A DNA stretch of 64,000 bases, taken from positions 1,508,809 to 1,572,808 of the forward strand of contig CAVTBR010000001.1 in the NCBI GenBank assembly GCA_963733055.1, written 5' to 3'. Below are positions 33,091 to 42,162 of this stretch, piece by piece (the stretch's first letter is position 1; each line of letters begins with the position of its first letter). The DNA comes from Candidatus Bathyarchaeota archaeon. GTDB lineage: Archaea; Thermoproteota; Bathyarchaeia; 40CM-2-53-6. A model generated the notes under the pieces. It had not been told where the DNA came from. It saw only the letters and a list, made by a program, of their open reading frames with translations, and made no database searches. Made by a program: the position numbers and the translations under genes.

Positions 33091-33380
33091 CGCTTTGTTC
33101 TGCGCAAATCCAAGCGAGTAATGTACCCGCGGGGAATTCAAATCTCTACCCCCGGCGTCTATACCGACCCAACATACTGTGCAAGTGCTTGGAAACTTTC
33201 TGACAACTCACCAAAGGAGAAGAACTGCTCATTTCCTTTGTCATGGAAAATGGTGGGCCTGGCCGGCCATGATTCTGCGCTGGGTCATGTCCGACTCCCC
33301 TATGGCCATGTCGGACAACCGTTCTACCCTTTGACTGGGCAGGATATGGGTTTGTCGGCACGACCGAATTGGAACTTTTT

Positions 33381-33471
33381 CCGTTTTTTGCCCCGGTTTA
33401 AATGCGTTTCAACACAGACTTGTTGTGGGCGTGACGGCCCACTGACAGGGAGCAAGAGCTGGAAGAACATG
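33381..33471 (+). repeat. Left copy of a 91-bp inverted repeat (promoter/leader-like)
   Basis: Reverse complement of 38329-38419 with 2 mismatches; 82-bp perfect core (33385-33466 / 38334-38415). Confidence 0.95.
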
Positions 33472-33614
33472 GCAATCGCGGAGACAGTGTGTTATCGGGT
33501 TTGGTAAGTTTTATGGGGTGATTCCGCAGCGGCGGCTCGAAGCTTACTGCCAGACGGGTTTGGAAGCGTTCATCAGTTAGACTTTCCAACAACTTTCTTT
33601 CAGGATGCGAGCCG

Positions 33615-34238
33615 TTGGAGACCGGAGCACTGGATGCGTACCTTCTCTGGGAAGCCGCCAGCAAAACCATTCACGACAATCGACTTCTGGAACACTCGCC
33701 AGTCGACCAAGGTCGCATATCCGCCACGCTGGCTTCAGCCACAGAGCAGATCACCAGACTCCCCACCGAAACGAAACTGAACGCCGTTGCGGTGCAGGCC
33801 CCGCACCGGGCCAACCTGCTTCGGGCCAAGCGTTGGGCGCTCGAACAGTACCCCGTTCGCCGCCTCGGCACGGTGCTCCCCTACATGGGCGACGTGCCGA
33901 TCGAGGAGATCGTGAAGAGCTTCGTTGAAGTTGCGGGGTTCGTGGAACGGCAGCCGGCGAACAGCGCAGGGAGCGTCCACTACATCCGTGCCCTCGCAAC
34001 AATCCCCGACATCCTTGAAAAGATTCCAATCATGGTCATCGAGCCTGGAAGCCAGCAGCGGCGACCCGAAGTGCTGAGGGAGCGTGGCAGAGAAGACCTG
34101 GCGATCACGCCGACCGACGCCTACATCGAGGACGGAAACCACAGAGCACTGGCGCTGATGATCGCAAACCCCGACCGAACCACAATCCCGGGTTGGGTCG
34201 GTCGAAACTCGGACGGGGCGGCGTTGTCGCAGGTTTAG
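33615..34238 (+). CDS. Hypothetical protein with ParB/Srx-like motif
   Basis: YIEDGNHRALA resembles the ParB/sulfiredoxin DGxHR motif. Confidence 0.55.
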   Translation: METGALDAYLLWEAASKTIHDNRLLEHSPVDQGRISATLASATEQITRLPTETKLNAVAVQAPHRANLLRAKRWALEQYPVRRLGTVLPYMGDVPIEEIVKSFVEVAGFVERQPANSAGSVHYIRALATIPDILEKIPIMVIEPGSQQRRPEVLRERGREDLAITPTDAYIEDGNHRALALMIANPDRTTIPGWVGRNSDGAALSQV

Positions 34239-34726
34239 TGCGGCCAGCCTCGCTCCAGTTCGTCCATCAGTCTTCTCGTCTCGCTGACGGTGTGTTCCGC
34301 AGCGTTTCTCATGTCATCCGCCTGTGGCGTGAGCCATTTTCCTCCGTAGTAGTTCACGTACAAGCCCCGCTCCTTCAGGGATTGAAGGTTCCCGCCGATC
34401 TCCGTGATCCGCTGCTTCAGTTCCTCGGTCATCGTCTGCCCCCTGACCGAGAGCAGCCCGGTCAGTGCGACCATGAACTTGGAGACGTGATCCCTGTTTG
34501 CGATCCTCTCGGACAACTGGTCTCTGAGTGCGGGGTCGAATTTCATCGCCCTGAAGACGCCCGACTTTGCGTACTCCTCGAACGCCAGCATCGCCAGTGC
34601 GATTGCGTGCCCGTGGCTGCCACGTGAGGACAGGTGCTCGGCGTCCTCCAGGAACTGCCACGCATTGGCACGGGCCACCTCGGCGCCCTCGTCCAGCTTG
34701 TCCACCGGGATTCTCATCGTCTGCAT
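34235..34726 (-). CDS. AbiV-like HEPN protein
   Basis: NA...LEDA..L...G..GHAIALA.LA.EE.AK, RDH..K, LKERGLYV. Confidence 0.75.
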   Translation of the reverse strand: MQTMRIPVDKLDEGAEVARANAWQFLEDAEHLSSRGSHGHAIALAMLAFEEYAKSGVFRAMKFDPALRDQLSERIANRDHVSKFMVALTGLLSVRGQTMTEELKQRITEIGGNLQSLKERGLYVNYYGGKWLTPQADDMRNAAEHTVSETRRLMDELERGWPH

Positions 34727-34744
34727 TCTTCCCGCCCGAGCGTC

Positions 34745-35965
34745 CTATTTGGAATCGCCACGTCTGATCTTGCCCTCAATCGTTTTCGTGAACTCATCCC
34801 GCGTCGGCTCCCGCTTCTCGGCGGTCACCAGCTCGTCGAGACCGGTCATAATCGTGAGTGGGTTGATTAGCATCTGGCGTTGGTTTGCGAGTTTCACCTG
34901 CATTCCCAGGACGTCGAGCAGCATCTCGTCCGTGATGTGCAGGACTTCGGGGGAGGCTGTTTCTCGACCACTCGAATCGTAGAGGGCGTCCCTCCCAGAG
35001 ACCACGATCGTGTGGAGAGCGTAGTTCGGGTAGACTTCTTCGATCTTCACCTTCAGGTTTCTCGCCTGGGAGACGGCGCGGCTTCCTATTGCACCGCCGG
35101 TTGCTTTCGCCTCGCAAGCGATGGCACACCCCGACTTTGTCTTCCCGCCCGCCACCGTTGGGAAGTGGCAGAACACTCCCACGTCACCCCCACCCTTCCG
35201 CTGGAAGGTCAGGTTCAGCTTCTGCTCCCTCGACCCGTCCCTCGTCCTCGATGAGAACCCCAGGCGGGAGAACGCTGCGGCGATGAATTTCTCGAACGCC
35301 TCTCCTTTCTCTTCGTCGTTCGTTTCCGTGCTGACGGTCTTTAGGAGGCGGTTGGGTTCGTCGAGGAGGTTGTGGTACGTTTGGAATGATTCGGTCAGGT
35401 AGTCGTAGGTAGCCCTGTCGAGGAGGTCTTCAGCCTCCTTCACAGCAAGAATCTCTAGCCCCTCAACCCGCCCCGCTGTGTAGTTGAGACCTTTTCCGTC
35501 AGGCTTTGCGACTCGCAGAGTTTCCAACCAAGCGCCGTACGTCTTCGCATAGGTGGTCTGATCGCTTACGGAAGTGACACTGAACTTGGTCTGGAATAGT
35601 TTGCGGAATCTTTCCCAAGAGATCGTGCCCTGGTCTTTCAGTTGCTGTCTCAGGAAGTCGAAGGGCTCCTTCTCGGCTAGCCTTACGCTCAGAACGAGGA
35701 AATCGATCCGAGCGTTGCCGGAGAACCTGAGCAACCTATCGCCCAGCGGTTCGAGCCGAAAACCTCCACTCGCAGAAACCACAAAGCCGTGGCTGGTTGC
35801 GAATGCGATTGCCGACCTCACTGCGCCGACGTTTGGAGCCTTCACCACCGTTGAGAGGTCTGAGCATAGTTGTTTGAGCGTTGCGGGCTGGAGCCGCTTC
35901 ACGCTTTCGAGGAATGCGAAGAAGATCTCGGGCGGAGTTTTTGTCAACTGCAAAATTTCTCTCAT
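34745..35965 (-). CDS. Putative restriction endonuclease (N-terminal winged-helix domains, C-terminal PD-(D/E)xK)
   Basis: KGEAFEKFI..AF..LGF...GGGD...ACEAK. Confidence 0.7.
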   Translation of the reverse strand: MREILQLTKTPPEIFFAFLESVKRLQPATLKQLCSDLSTVVKAPNVGAVRSAIAFATSHGFVVSASGGFRLEPLGDRLLRFSGNARIDFLVLSVRLAEKEPFDFLRQQLKDQGTISWERFRKLFQTKFSVTSVSDQTTYAKTYGAWLETLRVAKPDGKGLNYTAGRVEGLEILAVKEAEDLLDRATYDYLTESFQTYHNLLDEPNRLLKTVSTETNDEEKGEAFEKFIAAAFSRLGFSSRTRDGSREQKLNLTFQRKGGGDVGVFCHFPTVAGGKTKSGCAIACEAKATGGAIGSRAVSQARNLKVKIEEVYPNYALHTIVVSGRDALYDSSGRETASPEVLHITDEMLLDVLGMQVKLANQRQMLINPLTIMTGLDELVTAEKREPTRDEFTKTIEGKIRRGDSK

Positions 35966-36028
35966 CCGGCTACTATAACCACAAATGATTTAGTGCCCTT
36001 TAGTCGTTGTTATGCCACTGGTAAGAGT

Positions 36029-36766
36029 TTGTCAAAGCAGACGGAAACCAGAGTCCAAGTCCCCCACTTCCAAATCCCAAAGGACATCAGCGGATACTTC
36101 GACAGCGTCATAGAGACCTACTACAAACTGGGAAGACCATCAACCCCCAAAGAGTACTACGCGGCTAACAAAACAGCCCTGAAAGGCGACCACCCAACCC
36201 AGCGAGCACTACTCTACCTCAAGTATCTGGGAGTCATGGAGAGCGGCGAACGGGGCAAGTACGTACTTAGCGAAAAGGGAACGGTAATAGGAAATCAACT
36301 CAAAAGCAAACATGCTGACGAAGCACATCGGAGCTGGCAGAAGCTACTGAGCGAACACCCCCTCTACGGGATGCTGAAGACCTACTACAAAGAATCACGA
36401 GAGGCAGGAACAGGCGGAGGATTCGGCGACTACCTCTCCAAACACGGAGCAACGATAACTCAAAGGTATGTGAAAACGAGCGGACAGAAACTCTGCAGGC
36501 TCTTCAACTCAAAAGGACTCATCAAGTACAAGGAGGACGATGACACCTTCACATTTGAAGAAGTGAAAACCCCCCCACCGACCCCACACGCAGGGGCCAC
36601 CACGCCTCAAGGCCCCCCAGCGCCTGGCACCGCCATGACCTACCACATCGAGATCAACGTCAACGTCGACGCCAACACACCACCCGAACTAGCTGCGAAG
36701 CTCTTCGAGTTCTACTGGACAACAACGCAGAAGAAACCAGAACCCGAGAAGAAAGCAACTAAATAA
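36029..36766 (+). CDS. Winged-helix protein (DUF5343-like architecture)
   Basis: LKYLGVME...Y.LSEKG; Pro-rich linker; C-terminal IEINVNVD strand; TTG start at 36029 inferred. Confidence 0.55.
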   Translation: MSKQTETRVQVPHFQIPKDISGYFDSVIETYYKLGRPSTPKEYYAANKTALKGDHPTQRALLYLKYLGVMESGERGKYVLSEKGTVIGNQLKSKHADEAHRSWQKLLSEHPLYGMLKTYYKESREAGTGGGFGDYLSKHGATITQRYVKTSGQKLCRLFNSKGLIKYKEDDDTFTFEEVKTPPPTPHAGATTPQGPPAPGTAMTYHIEINVNVDANTPPELAAKLFEFYWTTTQKKPEPEKKATK

Positions 36767-36904
36767 TTCCGACTGACGACGGTTCGCTAGCTCTCAACTG
36801 ATGCCCACAGGTCTCACAGACTCCCGGCAACTCAGCCTCGGGGTAGCGGCGACCACACTGCTCGCAGATACGATCATAGTGGTTTGTGTCAAACACTCTT
36901 TGCG

Positions 36905-38341
36905 TCAACGCTCAACGGCTACTTCTATTTGCGTCCGCACCAAAGAATTCTGTGATCTTTCCCTTTGATCGAACAGAATGCCAGACATCTTTCTGCCAAC
37001 AGCCTCAACCACGTTGACAGTTACCGCGTTCCCCATCTGCCGATAACTCTGTGTATCCGAGCAGGGCAGAACGAAACTGTCGGGGAATCCTTGGAGTCGA
37101 GCGCATTCTCTTGGAGTGAGCCGACGCAATCGCCCGCACCCAATCATCTTCTCAAACGCCCCCGCGATCGTGTTCATCGTGTCCGGCTCGGCAACGGCTT
37201 GTTGGCGGTCGCTCATCGGGTTGGCGGGAATAGTGTTGGCGATTTCTCTAACCGAAACCCCGGGGCTGTCACGGTCGCCTGTGAGCTGCACAACCTTCGG
37301 TTCAAAGACCGCCTGCGCCTTCCCCTGAGCATTCGCCTGCACCGTGTTCGCCTCATCCCTGACGCTGACGGAGCGGTTGTCGCGGTCGCCGACAAGCTGA
37401 ACCACCACGGGAACATTCTGTCCTCCTGTGCCCATTTTGCCGGTTAGGGTTGGAGAAAATCCCTTTGAAATCTGCGGTGCGCTCCCGCCTCCCTTTCGAT
37501 AGTGTGGAAGCGTGTATGAGGTTGTATCTTCCGTTTTCGGCTCAAGCACATCAACTGTTGAGACGCCTCGCTTGCCACCCCTCGTCTTCTTTCCGTTGGC
37601 TTGCTTCTCTGCCAGATGCTGCATTAAGGATTGGACGAGCTTGTCGCTCAGATAGTATTTCTCAACAACGTTTTCTTCAAGGATGTCTGCCAGTCTTCCT
37701 CCGTCGGGAAACTTGAAGGGCTTGCTTGGCGGATCTCTGAAGCCGACGATGAAGATGCGCCGCCTGTTCTGCGGCACACCAAAATCCTTCGAGTTCAGAA
37801 CCTTCCAGTGGACGTGGTAGCCGAGGCTCTCGTGACCGTACTCAATTCGAGCCTGACCGTTCACGTCAGCCGCCAGCAAATCCAAGATCGTGCTCAACGT
37901 CTTTCCCTTGTCATGGAAGACGAGACCCTGAACATTCTCAAACAAGAAGGCTCGCGGTTTCCTGTCACGCAGGATTCGAACAAGCTCGAAGAACAGCGTA
38001 CCACGAGCATCGTTGAAGCCGAGCCGGTGACCCGCTAATGAAAATGACTGGCATGGGAACCCTCCAACGAGAACATCAAAGTCAGGCATCGTTGAAGTGT
38101 CAAGGCTCGTTGCATCTGGCCAGAAAAACTCCCCCGCCGTTTCAAAGTTGGCTTGGTAGGTCTGGCGAGCATACTTGTCAATCTCGCACGATCCAACACA
38201 CTTCCAACCCAGCCTCTGCAACCCGAGGCGAAACCCGCCCACGCCGGCGAAGGTGTCGAAGAATGTTACGGGCTTTGCTGGAAGTTGTTGGAGAACTTCT
38301 TTGGCGTCTCCCTGAACGATCCGGTTCTCATGCTCTTCCAG
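36905..38341 (-). CDS. C5 DNA cytosine methyltransferase (inferred CTG start inside the inverted repeat)
   Basis: FAGVGG (motif I, upstream of the track start), GFPCQ, ENV, PQNRRR, RRLTPRECARLQGF, MGNAV. Confidence 0.92.
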   Translation of the reverse strand: MEEHENRIVQGDAKEVLQQLPAKPVTFFDTFAGVGGFRLGLQRLGWKCVGSCEIDKYARQTYQANFETAGEFFWPDATSLDTSTMPDFDVLVGGFPCQSFSLAGHRLGFNDARGTLFFELVRILRDRKPRAFLFENVQGLVFHDKGKTLSTILDLLAADVNGQARIEYGHESLGYHVHWKVLNSKDFGVPQNRRRIFIVGFRDPPSKPFKFPDGGRLADILEENVVEKYYLSDKLVQSLMQHLAEKQANGKKTRGGKRGVSTVDVLEPKTEDTTSYTLPHYRKGGGSAPQISKGFSPTLTGKMGTGGQNVPVVVQLVGDRDNRSVSVRDEANTVQANAQGKAQAVFEPKVVQLTGDRDSPGVSVREIANTIPANPMSDRQQAVAEPDTMNTIAGAFEKMIGCGRLRRLTPRECARLQGFPDSFVLPCSDTQSYRQMGNAVTVNVVEAVGRKMSGILFDQRERSQNSLVRTQIEVAVER

Positions 38342-38419
38342 CTCTTGCTCCCTGTCAGTGGGCCGTCACGCCCACAACAAGTCTGTGTTGAAACGCATTT
38401 AAACCGGGGCAAAAACCGG
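38329..38419 (-). repeat. Right copy of the 91-bp inverted repeat
   Basis: Contains the integrase stop codon, a TTTAAA box, an AGGGAG SD-like motif and the MTase start. Confidence 0.95.
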
Positions 38420-39790
38420 GTTAGACATGTCAGTGTCACGGAGCGGAAGAGGACTGAAAAGTAGTGGCTGTCGGCGGATTACTGCTTCTTTGCTGGGTAG
38501 TGTTTGGACGAAGAGCCATCCTTGAGTTATCCACTTCTTGACCTCGTCCATCGGCACTATCTTTTGGAGGCTCTCGGCTGATTTCTCGTTAATCAACTCC
38601 TGCACTTGCTGCTCCGTCAGGTTTGAGAGATCGCCTTGTTTTTCGATTTCTTCATCCGAGTAACCTGCCCAGGATAGGAATCGCCGATTGATTACGGCGA
38701 GGACTTGGTCGTTTGCCTCTTGTTTCCTGGTTCGTGTTGTGAGATATTTCTCAGCGGCTTTTCGGTATCCTTCCCGCATCCTCTCGATGTTCTCTTCGAG
38801 CATGCCCTTTGCGAAGGTGTAGGTGAATTCGATGTGGCCCTTGTGGCCCATCCAGTAGGTTCGCCAGTCGGGTTCGATGAGGTGATCAGCGAGAGCTGAT
38901 TCTAGTCGGACGTCCGTAAACCTTCGCATCACATACGGCCGCCACATGAACCCTGCTGCTCGGATGGGTTTGCGCATCATGTCGCCGATGTTCGTCGTTC
39001 TCACATACTTTCCTTGGTGATGAGGATGGAAGATGTCGGCTGTGATAATTGGCGAGTCGGGGGTCAGTATTTCCTGAAGTCTGCGCATCCTCCACTCAAG
39101 GTAGCTCTTCAATAAATCGCAGGCTTCAGCGCACAAGAAGCTCGTGTACTTGCGGCGGATCTTCGAGATGGGCTTGCGGACGATCAGTAGTGTCGGCACG
39201 GTCTGAAATTCAACCGTCTTGCCGTCATTGTTGATGGACATTTCTGGAAGGTCTTCGGCTTTCAGCCCGTCATACCCTTGACGTGTCTTCTTTCCCAACA
39301 CTTCCAAGCGTACCCCGCTGAATGCGACGATGGCTAGTGCTGCCCTGGCTCTGAGGTCTGCGTGTTCGAGTATGGTTTTGAGTTGGGCGGGTGTTGGTGG
39401 TACCTCGTTCTCGTAGAGCGCGGACTGGTCGGCTCCCTCTGCGAAGACTTTTCGGGGTGGGGGTATGTCGTTGTATTCGAGCCAGCGGTTGACCACCTTC
39501 ACGTATCCTTGGATGTAGCTCCCTGCCAGGCCGCTTCCGTCCTCTCCCCCTTTCGTCTCGAAGTCATCAATGACTGTGAGTAGGAATCTCTTCGCGCGTT
39601 TCGTCGTCATCCTGGCGAACTGCCTTGGAAGTTTGTGGAACCGTTTGTGTAGGATTCCAAACCTGCGTAGAATCCCGAGGGCTGAATCTTCGCTGCGCCG
39701 TCGCACGCTTTGGATGAACAGGTTGAAGTCCGGATCGTCGAGGAGATAGTGGTAGTTAGAGGCTGCGGCGAAGTCCTCTTTGTCGCTCAA
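38399..39790 (-). CDS. Tyrosine recombinase/integrase
   Basis: FSGVR, PYVMRRF, WMGH...Y catalytic motifs; TTG start at 39790, though the frame stays open through the att site. Confidence 0.9.
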   Translation of the reverse strand: MSDKEDFAAASNYHYLLDDPDFNLFIQSVRRRSEDSALGILRRFGILHKRFHKLPRQFARMTTKRAKRFLLTVIDDFETKGGEDGSGLAGSYIQGYVKVVNRWLEYNDIPPPRKVFAEGADQSALYENEVPPTPAQLKTILEHADLRARAALAIVAFSGVRLEVLGKKTRQGYDGLKAEDLPEMSINNDGKTVEFQTVPTLLIVRKPISKIRRKYTSFLCAEACDLLKSYLEWRMRRLQEILTPDSPIITADIFHPHHQGKYVRTTNIGDMMRKPIRAAGFMWRPYVMRRFTDVRLESALADHLIEPDWRTYWMGHKGHIEFTYTFAKGMLEENIERMREGYRKAAEKYLTTRTRKQEANDQVLAVINRRFLSWAGYSDEEIEKQGDLSNLTEQQVQELINEKSAESLQKIVPMDEVKKWITQGWLFVQTLPSKEAVIRRQPLLFSPLPLRDTDMSNPVFAPV

Positions 39791-39854
39791 CCCGGTATGG
39801 GATCGGAAAACAGGTTTTCCGATGAAGCGCGTATTCGGACCTGAACCAGCGCAA

Positions 39855-39968
39855 TGGTGGGCCTGGCCGGATTCGAACCGGCGACCCCACGATCTCAAAG
39901 CTGTGCTTATCAGTCGTGTGCTCCAGTTGCACTCCCACGTCTAAAGATCCATGCTGAGCTACAGGCCC
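39855..39968 (-). tRNA. tRNA-Ile(GAU) with two introns (D-loop ~22 nt; 37/38 14 nt), CCA encoded
   Basis: Acceptor GGGCCTG/CAGGCCC, anticodon arm CACGA-CT-GAT-A..A-TCGTG, T arm GCCGG-TTCGAAT-CCGGC. Confidence 0.9.
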
Positions 39969-40130
39969 TCGGGTTCGCTCGTACTCTCGGTTTTGTTTAA
40001 GGGTTTTTAACGTCCCGGTTCCATGCCTTGTTTTCGGCCTGAATTGGCCCGTAGTATATGCCATCTATAGAAATGATGCGGCACTATAATTAGCATTTAC
40101 TCACCAAACGCATCCAATTACCGGAGCTAT

Positions 40131-40691
40131 GTGAAGATGCAGGAGATCCGATTTCACGGACGCGCTGGGCAAGGCATCTTAACCGCCAGCCGCCTGTTCG
40201 CGCAAGCCGCCATTACCGACGGCAAATACGCGCAAGCGTTTCCCGACTTCGGCCCCGAAAGGTTAGGATCGCCAGTTGCAGCGTTCGCGCGCCTTGATGA
40301 CGAAACCATCGAAATCCGAAGCCAAGTCTACACACCGAATGCAGTAGTTGTCTTCGAGGAAAGCCTTCTGGAAACCGTCCCAGTCACAAAAGGAATGCCG
40401 TCCAAGGCTTTCTTTGTTGTGAACTCTCCTGACCCCAAACTCGCGGATGTCAAGAAACGAGGTGAGGAGGCGGGGGTTGTTCCCTATACTATCGATGCGT
40501 CGAAGATCGCGATTGACCTCATCGGCAAACCCACTGTGAGTACGATTATGCTCGGCGCCTTGGCCGGAGCATCAGGTTTTGTTACAGTAGATGCGTTGGA
40601 ATCAGTCGTCAAACAGCGTTTCCATGGGGCCATGGGTGAGACCAACGCGAAAATGGTTAGGTCAGGGTTCAAGGAGGTTCATGAGATTTGA
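40131..40691 (+). CDS. porG: 2-oxoacid (pyruvate-type):ferredoxin oxidoreductase gamma subunit
   Basis: EIRFHGRAGQG, AQAFP.FGPER.G.PV. Confidence 0.9.
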   Translation: MKMQEIRFHGRAGQGILTASRLFAQAAITDGKYAQAFPDFGPERLGSPVAAFARLDDETIEIRSQVYTPNAVVVFEESLLETVPVTKGMPSKAFFVVNSPDPKLADVKKRGEEAGVVPYTIDASKIAIDLIGKPTVSTIMLGALAGASGFVTVDALESVVKQRFHGAMGETNAKMVRSGFKEVHEI

Positions 40692-40971
40692 GTCAAGAAA
40701 CGAAGCCCGGTTGGCGGCATCTCCCGCGCGGAGCCGTAATCGTCGAACCGGGGTCAGCCAAGAAATTTCTGACGGGCGATTGGCGAACAAAGAGACCCAT
40801 ACTACAAGAATCAAAGTGCACCAACTGCCTCTTCTGTTGGATCTGGTGCCCCGAACCCGCGATAATGCGTGGCCCTAAGGTAGTCTCATTCGACTATGAC
40901 CATTGCAAAGGGTGCGGCATCTGCGCCGTAGAATGCCCAGTTCACCGATCACAATGGTAGAGGAGCGATGA
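40688..40971 (+). CDS. porD: Oxidoreductase delta subunit (2x[4Fe-4S]); apparent 1-nt deletion near 40946
   Basis: TGDWRT.RP, CTNCLFCWIWCP, CKGCGICAVECP; the expected AITMVEE tail is in another frame. Confidence 0.85.
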
Positions 40972-42162
40972 ACTCGATGAGCATCAAGAAGACCCAAGTA
41001 GTTCCGATGAGCGGTTCTGAAGCAGTAGCCAAAGCAGCGATACAATCAGGCATAGACTTCATTTCCGCATACCCAATCACGCCACAAACAATAATCGTAG
41101 AACGCCTAAGCGACCTTGTCGCCGAAGGAGAGACGAAAGCAAAGTTCGTGAACGTTGAATCCGAACACTCAGCGATGTCGGCTTGCGTCGGCGCAAGCCT
41201 AGCCGGCGGCCGACGCCTTCACAGCAACATCAAGCCAAGGCCTCGCCCTCATGCATGAGGTTCTATACTTGGCATCGGGGTTGCGGTGCCCAATCACAAT
41301 GGCTGTAGCCAACAGAGCACTCTCGGCGCCAATCAACATTCACGGCGACCACTCCGACATGATGGGGTCGAGGGACTGTGGTTGGATTCAGTTGTACGTA
41401 GAGAACGGTCAAGAAGCCTACGATTGGGTCCTACAAGCGTACCGGATCGCGGAAGACGAACGAGTCTCCTTACCCTTTTCGGTTAACATGGACGGGTACG
41501 TAATCACTCACTCCGTAGAACCAATCGCGTTGATCGATCGAGATGCTACCAGCAAGTTTCTGCCCCCAAGACAGGCGTTGCTTAAACTTGATACCGAGAA
41601 ACCCATCACCATCGGGACCCTTACGCTTCCGGACTATTACACGGAATTCAAACGACAGCAAGAGGAAGCGATGCGAAACGTTCCTCAAGCGTTCGCCGAG
41701 GTAACAAGTGACTTCACGAAGCTGAGCGGGCGAAGCTACGATCGGTATCTACCGTATGAACTCGAAGACGCGAAAGTCGCTATCGTTTCGCTCGGAAGCG
41801 CAAGTGGTACGGTCAGATATGTTGCGAGAAACCTGCGCAAGAAGGGCCTGCCCGTTGGGGCATTGAAGATTGCGCTCTACAGGCCATTCCCACACGAGGA
41901 AGTCGGGAAAATGTTGGAAGGACTTGACGTTGTAATAGTGCTTGAACGCGCCCTTAGTTTAGGCTCTCATTGCGGACCACTCGGGAGCGACATAGTCTGT
42001 TCACTCTACAACCGCTCAGAACAACCGAAAGTTTTGGACGTGGTCGCGGGACTAGGTGGACGTGACCTCTCACCCGACAGCATCGAACAAATATTTCGAA
42101 CCGGCCTAGGAACAACCAAGCCTAGTGGGTTGGAGATGGAGTTTGTGGGGGTGCGTGAATAA
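40968..42162 (+). CDS. porA: Oxidoreductase alpha subunit, split by a +1 frameshift near 41214
   Basis: AYPITPQ, ESEHSA, then AFTATSSQGLALMHE in a shifted frame; probably a sequencing error. Confidence 0.85.

Larger units (their letters stand above)
33249..39870. mobile_element. 6.6-kb integrative element inserted at the tRNA-Ile 3' end
   Basis: Direct repeat AATGGTGGGCCTGGCCGG at 33249-33266 and 39853-39870 (tRNA 3' end); tyrosine integrase next to the tRNA. Confidence 0.88.

Noticed and set aside
40688-42162. porA/porD as true pseudogenes or programmed frameshifts
   Set aside because: Single-base indels in otherwise intact core genes with no slippery run; sequencing error is more likely
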